A stretch of DNA of 64,000 nt from Candidatus Heimdallarchaeota archaeon (GTDB lineage Archaea > Asgardarchaeota > Heimdallarchaeia > Heimdallarchaeales > Heimdallarchaeaceae): assembly GCA_019057375.1 (NCBI GenBank), contig DXJF01000050.1, positions 1 through 64,000 of the forward strand, given 5' to 3'. Positions within the stretch are counted from its first letter, which is position 1. Each line of letters starts with the position of its first letter. Positions 57,848 through 64,000 of this stretch are shown piece by piece. The notes under the pieces are model-generated. The model was not told where the DNA came from, searched no databases, and saw only the letters and a program-made list of their open reading frames with translations. A program made the position numbers and the translations under genes.

Positions 57848-58831
57848 TTAGTCCACCACCGATTTAGGTTTGAAAGTATTCTTAAGCGTGAAGAATCCTA
57901 ATGCTGCCGCAACAATTCCCGCTATTATTGGCACATAAACTACAGTATTGAAGAAGTAGCTCAAAACTCCAGCTCCTCCTAGAATTAATACCGTTAGTGA
58001 GAGAAAAATAATTCTGAAAATTGTTGTAACAGGAATTTCTCCTAGTATTATTTTCCCAGAACTACCTAAAATAGCTACTCTGTAAGTTTCTCCTTTGAAC
58101 TCATATTCTATCTGCCAAACTGGAGCATGTAAGAAATAAGTGCCAGAGTAAGTTAATTGTGTAGCGCAATCGAAAACTTTAGTGCAAGCTCTCTCAGCTT
58201 GAGCTCTATGATTATCAAAAACAATAGTTTTACCTAGTTGATTTGCTGCATCCAAATCTATTTCTGATGAAAGATAGTTGAATTCTTTTTCATCAGCCAG
58301 TAATTGATCATGGTTAAATTGAACTGCATTTGCAAATTCTGTTCTCACGATATCTTTTACTCTATCATATCCATAAATTGAACTACCTCTCCTTCCAAGT
58401 AAAACATCTGCTCGTTTTTCCCTTATTTCTCTGTCGATTGGTCGGTAAACTGTAACACTTTCAGTTACTGTTCGTCTATTTTTTCCAGTACCTGCTGTTC
58501 TAGTTCTTGTTTCAGTGTATCTGAGGTATCCTACAAAATGGGTATACGCATCAGAAGTTACAACCCAAAAGGGCATCAATGTTGGGGTAATGTTTGTAAT
58601 CTTGTAACCTTTAATTCCCCTCATGAAACCTTTTTTCCTAATAAGCTCCTTCACAATATCGTGTATCTTTTTCTGACTGAGCGTATTCCTTAGGATATAA
58701 TGATTATCAAATTTAGATCCATCAGCTAGAATAGCTTGTCCACAAGATACACAGTTAAAGATTGCGTCCTCTGGATTAACATCCATTGGAGCATTGCAAT
58801 GAGGACATTGAAATTTCTTAATTAGGCTCAT
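57848..58831 (-). CDS. Zn-ribbon membrane protein, YdjG-like (paralog)
   Basis: CPHCNAP...CVSCG..ILAD, PFW, PVWQIEYEF...GSSGKI..GEIP, two TM. Confidence 0.75.
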   Translation of the reverse strand: MSLIKKFQCPHCNAPMDVNPEDAIFNCVSCGQAILADGSKFDNHYILRNTLSQKKIHDIVKELIRKKGFMRGIKGYKITNITPTLMPFWVVTSDAYTHFVGYLRYTETRTRTAGTGKNRRTVTESVTVYRPIDREIREKRADVLLGRRGSSIYGYDRVKDIVRTEFANAVQFNHDQLLADEKEFNYLSSEIDLDAANQLGKTIVFDNHRAQAERACTKVFDCATQLTYSGTYFLHAPVWQIEYEFKGETYRVAILGSSGKIILGEIPVTTIFRIIFLSLTVLILGGAGVLSYFFNTVVYVPIIAGIVAAALGFFTLKNTFKPKSVVD

Positions 58832-58904
58832 TAATACTACAGTTTACATTAGCTATTATAAAATTTCATATAAGAATCGCGAAATTCCAGATATTTTCGC
58901 AATA

Positions 58905-59759
58905 TTAGACCTTATTTTTCTTCATTTTGTCTATATCTTGAATCACCTTGTCTACCATTTCAGATAGTTTTTCATAAAGAATTGAATTTTCAGGAAAGAT
59001 ATACTCTCCTTTTATCCCCAGTTCCATGATTTCGAATGATATTGGTAAGAAGTCTAGAAAAGTGATCTTATCAGGTTTATAGATTTTTATAAGTTCGTTT
59101 TTCCATTCTTCCAATAATTTCTGATTTTCATCTTTCAATTTTGGAGGTAATTGATTAAATACGAAGAAGCTAAGAGATCTTATGTCTAATTTTTTGTATA
59201 TATCTCTCAACATCTGTTTTGCTCCTTCAAAGCTGAAAGTGGAGGGTCTGATTACAAAAATTCGAGCATCTGCTATGGCAGCAGCATTAACTGACTCCAT
59301 TCTGTAACCAGGGGCTAAATCATAAACAACGTATCTAAACCCCATTCTTTGGAGAAATTTTGTCATTTCATGTAGAGCAAAGAAAGAATACTGTTGAATA
59401 TCTTCAAGAAGTGAAAGCAAACCTTCACCATACTCGACATTTTCCTTTGCAACAATTAGATGTAAATTAGGATTCTTTGTTTTAAGAAGTACATCTTCAC
59501 TGACTTTCTTTTTTCCCATAAGAATATCATTTATGGTATGTTTAATCTTTTTATCTGGAATTTTAAAGATGTGCTGAATTGTTGGTTGTGCTATATCTAA
59601 GTCTACTAAAATGGTTTTATTCCCTCTTCTAGCAAGTTCATGAGCTATGTTACATGATAGAGTTGTTTTACCAGGACCACCTTTTTGAGAATGAAGGATT
59701 ATTATATCCAATCTAGCTGAAGCCATTTCCTTTAGTTTTCCAAAATCAATACTAGACAT
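58905..59759 (-). CDS. MinD/ParA family ATPase
   Basis: Deviant Walker A KGGPGKT, VDLD, DLAPG. Confidence 0.9.
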   Translation of the reverse strand: MSSIDFGKLKEMASARLDIIILHSQKGGPGKTTLSCNIAHELARRGNKTILVDLDIAQPTIQHIFKIPDKKIKHTINDILMGKKKVSEDVLLKTKNPNLHLIVAKENVEYGEGLLSLLEDIQQYSFFALHEMTKFLQRMGFRYVVYDLAPGYRMESVNAAAIADARIFVIRPSTFSFEGAKQMLRDIYKKLDIRSLSFFVFNQLPPKLKDENQKLLEEWKNELIKIYKPDKITFLDFLPISFEIMELGIKGEYIFPENSILYEKLSEMVDKVIQDIDKMKKNKV

Positions 59760-59963
59760 TAATTCACCGGACAGGTATTATCTTTTTTAGTCCTTTTTAT
59801 TCTTTACTGCATAAAATAATGTTCTTTCACGGAATAAATGTGTTTTTTTCGTATAAAAATACCAACAGCAACCTTTTATTTATTAAACAATTAGTACAGT
59901 TAAATAAGGTTAATGTACTCTGGTATAAGTCTCTAAGGCAATAATAATAAATTGGGTGAATAA

Positions 59964-61376
59964 ATGAAAATACTTTTCGATGAAACTCAAAAAGAGAGAG
60001 GAAAAATTTTTGAGAATTTTCAGAAACTAGCAAACATACTAGAAGGAGAAGGACATGAAATAAGTAAACATGATTCATATCCGATAAAATATTCAAACAT
60101 TTCCAAATATGATATCTTTGTTTTCTTGTGTCCTGATGGTTCAAAGATTATGGGCCATGAAGTTAAAGCTTTGCTAAGATTTGTTGATGAGGGAGGAGCA
60201 TTAGCTGTTTTCACTAATGCAGGAGGAGATAAAGGATTAAATACTAATCTGAACACACTACTTAAACATTTTAAGGTGGAAATTGTAGCTAATCAAATTT
60301 TTGATTACCAGAACTTTGATTTGGAATTAGAAAGTAATGTAATTGTTTCAAAATTCTATAAGCACCCAATTACTGAAGGTCTTAGTGAAATAACGATGGT
60401 TTCCAGTTGCTCTTTACATCTCCAAGCAGGAGTAGAGGAACTAGCTAGGACAAAAAAAACAAGCGACCCACCAAGTTCTGCTGTTATGGGCATATCGTCT
60501 TATGGTTTAGGAACAGTTTTTGTATGTGGTTCATACCTAATGTTATCTGATTCCAAATCTGGGATTGAGTTAAGAGATAATTCTAAATTAGCTAAAAACC
60601 TATTCAAATATGTATTAGTTCCGCCAACATTTACAAAACAAGATGAAGAACTTGCAGAAGAAGCTGAAGAAGATATAGAAGAGACTGTACAAACAATAGA
60701 AATTAAAGAAAAAGATAGAGAAAAACCTTTTGAATCTGTGAGTAAAATTGATATGGTTAAGGAAGCTCTCTCTAAAGGAGAAACAGATACTGTTAAGGCT
60801 GAAGTTATAAAAGCCATGAAGTCATTAAAAGAAGAAATCAGATCTACAAAAACTGTTGAAAGAGAACCAGAAATAAAAGCACCTCACAAAAATGTTTACG
60901 AATCAATTGCAATAATTCAGGAATTGGAGAAAGATATAGATGAATTGAAAATCGAAGATCCTGGATATCGCGATATTCTGCTGACAGATATGGCTCGCAG
61001 AGAAGGAATTGATTACGCACAAATCCTGCCTTATTTGGAAAGAATTCGTGAAAAAGAAGAACGCGATAAAAGCAAAAAGGAAAAACGTAAAAAAGCTGCT
61101 AAATCTGTAATTAAGGGTGACATTACTTCAATACCAGAACCTAGAACTCCTGAAATGGATCAATTTGAGAAAGATATCATGATTTTTGATCAGGAATTAC
61201 AAGTAGATACAGAAGTTCAGAAAGTTCAACCTGTAGAACAAATGCAAAAAATTGATGATCTTACTCAAGCTGTTAGAGAACTTAAAAATAGTCTTGATGT
61301 TTTAAGTGCAAATCTTATTCATCTGATTAGTGAAATTGTTCTGGAAATGAAAGAGCAAAAAGGCAAGAAAAGATAA
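59964..61376 (+). CDS. GIFT (GldG/IFT52-like) domain protein with charged/coiled-coil C-terminus
   Basis: KILFDETQKE, EVKALLRFVDEGG, GGDKGLNTNLNTLL, GSYLMLSD...DNSKL. Confidence 0.7.
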   Translation: MKILFDETQKERGKIFENFQKLANILEGEGHEISKHDSYPIKYSNISKYDIFVFLCPDGSKIMGHEVKALLRFVDEGGALAVFTNAGGDKGLNTNLNTLLKHFKVEIVANQIFDYQNFDLELESNVIVSKFYKHPITEGLSEITMVSSCSLHLQAGVEELARTKKTSDPPSSAVMGISSYGLGTVFVCGSYLMLSDSKSGIELRDNSKLAKNLFKYVLVPPTFTKQDEELAEEAEEDIEETVQTIEIKEKDREKPFESVSKIDMVKEALSKGETDTVKAEVIKAMKSLKEEIRSTKTVEREPEIKAPHKNVYESIAIIQELEKDIDELKIEDPGYRDILLTDMARREGIDYAQILPYLERIREKEERDKSKKEKRKKAAKSVIKGDITSIPEPRTPEMDQFEKDIMIFDQELQVDTEVQKVQPVEQMQKIDDLTQAVRELKNSLDVLSANLIHLISEIVLEMKEQKGKKR

Positions 61377-61392
61377 CCTAGGTCTGATAAAG

Positions 61393-63156
61393 GTGAGGTT
61401 CAAAGATTTATGCGAGTGTTATTTTAGATTAGAGAATACACAGAAGAAACTAGAAATGGTTGATATCTTAGCTAATACTTTATCCAAAGCAGATGGGAGT
61501 GAGATAGGTAAAATTTCTCTTATAACTTTAGGTAAGCTTTATCCAGATTTTGTTGGGATCGAATTAATGCTTGCAGAAAAAATGGCAATCAAAGCTCTAG
61601 CCTTAGCAACAGGTAAGAGCGAGAAAAATATTCTAAACTTCTTAGAAGAAATAGGAGATTTAGGTAAAGCAGTACATAAACTTCTAGATAATAAATCACA
61701 ATCGACATTATTAGCTTTCACAAATCAACAAGAGACTGAACAATATGATGTTGTTGATGTCTGGAAAATTCTTGATACAATTTCTCAAACTTCAGGAGAA
61801 GGATCAGCAGATAAGAAAATAAGGATCTTATCTGGTTTATTATCAAAAGTTACATCTCTGGAAGCAAGATACATCTCTAGGGTGGTTGCAGGAAATTTGA
61901 GAACAGGTGTTGCAGTACAGTTATTGCTTGAAGCGCTATCAAAGGCGAAAACTGGTTCGAAAGAAAACAAGGAATTTTTGGAGAGAGCTTACAACCGATG
62001 TTCAGATATAGATCATGTTTCATCAGTTCTGTATAAAGAAGGTCTTAAGGCTGTCAAGGAAATTGAAGTAAGGGTATTCAGTCCTATTAAAGTGATGCTT
62101 GCACAAAGAGTATCAAGCTCAGAAGAATTACTTGAAAGGTTTAATGGAAAATGCTCTCTAGAGTATAAATATGATGGCTTAAGAGTTCAAATTCACAAAA
62201 AAGATAATCAAGTGAAATTGTTTTCAAGAAGTACTGAAAATATAACAAAACAATTTCCTGATGTTATTGATTTCATTAACAATGCTGCTCTAGAAAATGA
62301 GTTCATTATAGAAGGAGAAATAGTTGCATACGATCACGAAAAAGAAGCAATTTTACCTTTTCAATATGTTTCCCAGAGAAAAAGAAAACATGATATAGAT
62401 CAAAAGATAAGTGAAATTCCTGTTAGAGTTTTTCTTTTTGATGTTCTTTACAGTAATAATACTTCCAGATTAGATTTTAATTATCTTGAAAGGAGAGAGA
62501 ATCTACAGAATATAGTTAGAGAAACTAACAGCATCAAGTTTTCCCATCAAACAATTACTGACAACTCAGATGAAATAGATAATTTCTTCCATAAAGCACT
62601 CCAAGATAGTTGTGAAGGGATTATGGGAAAAAGTATTGGAAAAGATTCTGTGTACCAAGCTGGAGCGCGGGGTTGGAATTGGGTAAAATATAAGGCAGGA
62701 TATGATGCAAAATTATCTGATTCTTTTGATTTAGTGATTCTTGGAGCAGAATATGGAAAGGGAAAACGTGCAGGTAAATATGGAACCTTCCTACTTGGAT
62801 GTTATGACCAGATTGAAGGCGTCTATCAAACCTTTACTAGAATTGGAACAGGATTCTCTGATGAAGATCTTGCATATTTCTTTCAAGAACTCAAACCCCT
62901 TGAAAGAGAGAAACCTAAAGAATATCAAAGTGACATTGAAAGCAGTATCTGGTTTGACCCTAAGATAGTTATTGAGGTAACAGGAGATGAAATAACTAGA
63001 AGTCAAATGCACACTTGCTCAAGAGGTTTATTAGAAAAAGACATGGATGGCTTGGCTTTAAGATTTCCTAGATTTACAGGTAGGACTGTACATGACAAAG
63101 CTCCAGAACAAGCCACTACAAATGATGAAATACGCACAATATATTTAAAGCAATAA
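61393..63156 (+). CDS. lig: ATP-dependent DNA ligase
   Basis: EYKYDGLR, EGE, FDVLY, EGIMGK, WVKYK, LRFPRF. Confidence 0.97.
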   Translation: MRFKDLCECYFRLENTQKKLEMVDILANTLSKADGSEIGKISLITLGKLYPDFVGIELMLAEKMAIKALALATGKSEKNILNFLEEIGDLGKAVHKLLDNKSQSTLLAFTNQQETEQYDVVDVWKILDTISQTSGEGSADKKIRILSGLLSKVTSLEARYISRVVAGNLRTGVAVQLLLEALSKAKTGSKENKEFLERAYNRCSDIDHVSSVLYKEGLKAVKEIEVRVFSPIKVMLAQRVSSSEELLERFNGKCSLEYKYDGLRVQIHKKDNQVKLFSRSTENITKQFPDVIDFINNAALENEFIIEGEIVAYDHEKEAILPFQYVSQRKRKHDIDQKISEIPVRVFLFDVLYSNNTSRLDFNYLERRENLQNIVRETNSIKFSHQTITDNSDEIDNFFHKALQDSCEGIMGKSIGKDSVYQAGARGWNWVKYKAGYDAKLSDSFDLVILGAEYGKGKRAGKYGTFLLGCYDQIEGVYQTFTRIGTGFSDEDLAYFFQELKPLEREKPKEYQSDIESSIWFDPKIVIEVTGDEITRSQMHTCSRGLLEKDMDGLALRFPRFTGRTVHDKAPEQATTNDEIRTIYLKQ

Positions 63157-63178
63157 GATAAACTACATGTGAAAGTAT

Positions 63179-63745
63179 ATGTTCGGTAAGAAAAAGAATT
63201 TGTCTGAAGAAGAAATTTCAAAGAGGCCTAGTGAGGCTCTAAAGATTCTTAGTTCAAATATTGAAAACTATCACGGATACAAAGAATTAGAGCTAAGAAG
63301 AGATTCTGATGTAGCTTTCAGAACAAAATTACTTACACTAATGAGGGAAACTGGAGATATGATGAGTCAAGTGCATGAACTTCTAATCCATTCACAATTA
63401 TTAACAAGTTGGGGTCCGGCGGGAATAGTCATGAAAATCGTTTCAGATATGAGAAAAGAAGCATCAAGTACAGATTATAAGTATAGCACATTTTTTGATG
63501 TAAAAGAAGTTGAAGGTGAACATGGAATTGATTTATCCATTCTTTACTTACTAGAAATAGATATTTTGGATAACGCTGAAGAATTTAAAGACAAAATAGT
63601 AGATGTAAAAGTCAATCTAGAGGAGATGATGTTGGATACGGTAGAGAATAATATCACTTCTCTCATGACTCTGAGTAGCAGCGTACAAAATCGGTTTAAT
63701 GAAAGAAATGAGTTACTCCGAGCATTTGAAAAGATGAAACTCTAA
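63179..63745 (+). CDS. Conserved hypothetical helical protein
   Basis: GY..LELRRDSD..FR and Y.TFFD..EV pattern; 188 aa. Confidence 0.7.
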   Translation: MFGKKKNLSEEEISKRPSEALKILSSNIENYHGYKELELRRDSDVAFRTKLLTLMRETGDMMSQVHELLIHSQLLTSWGPAGIVMKIVSDMRKEASSTDYKYSTFFDVKEVEGEHGIDLSILYLLEIDILDNAEEFKDKIVDVKVNLEEMMLDTVENNITSLMTLSSSVQNRFNERNELLRAFEKMKL

Positions 63746-64000
63746 ATATGCTTTCCAATTATTTTCTTCAAAAGTAAATCATTATCTTGATCCTTTATTA
63801 CAACTATTTTGTTTCTAGACTTTAACCCTCGAGAAATAGAAATAGAAGAGGAGGGAATTTTGAATGTTTTAGTTAAACAACTTAATACTGATCTATTTGC
63901 TTTACCTTTATCTGCTGGCTCCTTAACATAGATATCTATAGAAAAATCAGAAACATCAATCCTATTTACTGAAGATTTTGGATGAACTCTAATTGATAAA
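63742..64000 (-). CDS. DUF167/UPF0235 (YggU-like) protein, 5' end outside the window
   Basis: Own translation LSIRVHPKSS...IYVKEPADKGKAN..V...L...RGLKSRNK. Confidence 0.85.
   Translation of the reverse strand, partial: LSIRVHPKSSVNRIDVSDFSIDIYVKEPADKGKANRSVLSCLTKTFKIPSSSISISRGLKSRNKIVVIKDQDNDLLLKKIIGKHI

Noticed and set aside
2770-63221. Numerous 60-105 aa ORFs nested antisense or out of frame within longer genes (for example 2770, 10780, 19058, 38182, 50022, 60500)
   Set aside because: Shadow ORFs of well-supported genes, with no motifs or SD support
1-64000. CRISPR arrays, tRNA or rRNA genes
   Set aside because: No regularly spaced repeats or GC-rich structured RNA segments seen; intergenic gaps are short and AT-rich

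Overview
AT-rich, gene-dense archaeal chromosomal segment, most likely from an Asgard archaeon. This is inferred from a Rab-like GTPase, longin/DENN-like, PCI-like and C2H2 domains alongside an archaeal A/V-ATPase, LrpA, Prx and ATP-dependent ligase, and GGTGA-type SD motifs. Contents in order: truncated adenine deaminase; a lipid cluster (2 DegV, 3 alpha/beta hydrolases, ICMT/PEMT-like methyltransferase) around Prx/LrpA; degenerate-GTPase and membrane proteins, TauE, WecB and a 7TM-longin fusion; a rearranged surface-protein locus (M14 peptidase, truncated LamG, NosD beta-helix adhesin) flanked by a 105-bp direct repeat; a TusA-SQR-TusA-DsrE-DsrE-regulator sulfur operon; DENN-like, TPR, GIY-YIG and two radical SAM genes; a Rab-like GTPase; a GNAT + NSAR/OSBS pair; a CofD-like/PCI/C2H2 fusion; an acyl-CoA ligase; all nine A/V-ATPase subunits split over four transcription blocks with an inserted USP; two YdjG-like Zn-ribbon proteins; MinD divergent from an IFT52/GIFT-like protein; DNA ligase; and a truncated DUF167 gene. 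I found no rRNA, tRNA, CRISPR array, transposase or integrase. All domain calls are by-eye motif recognition, not database searches.
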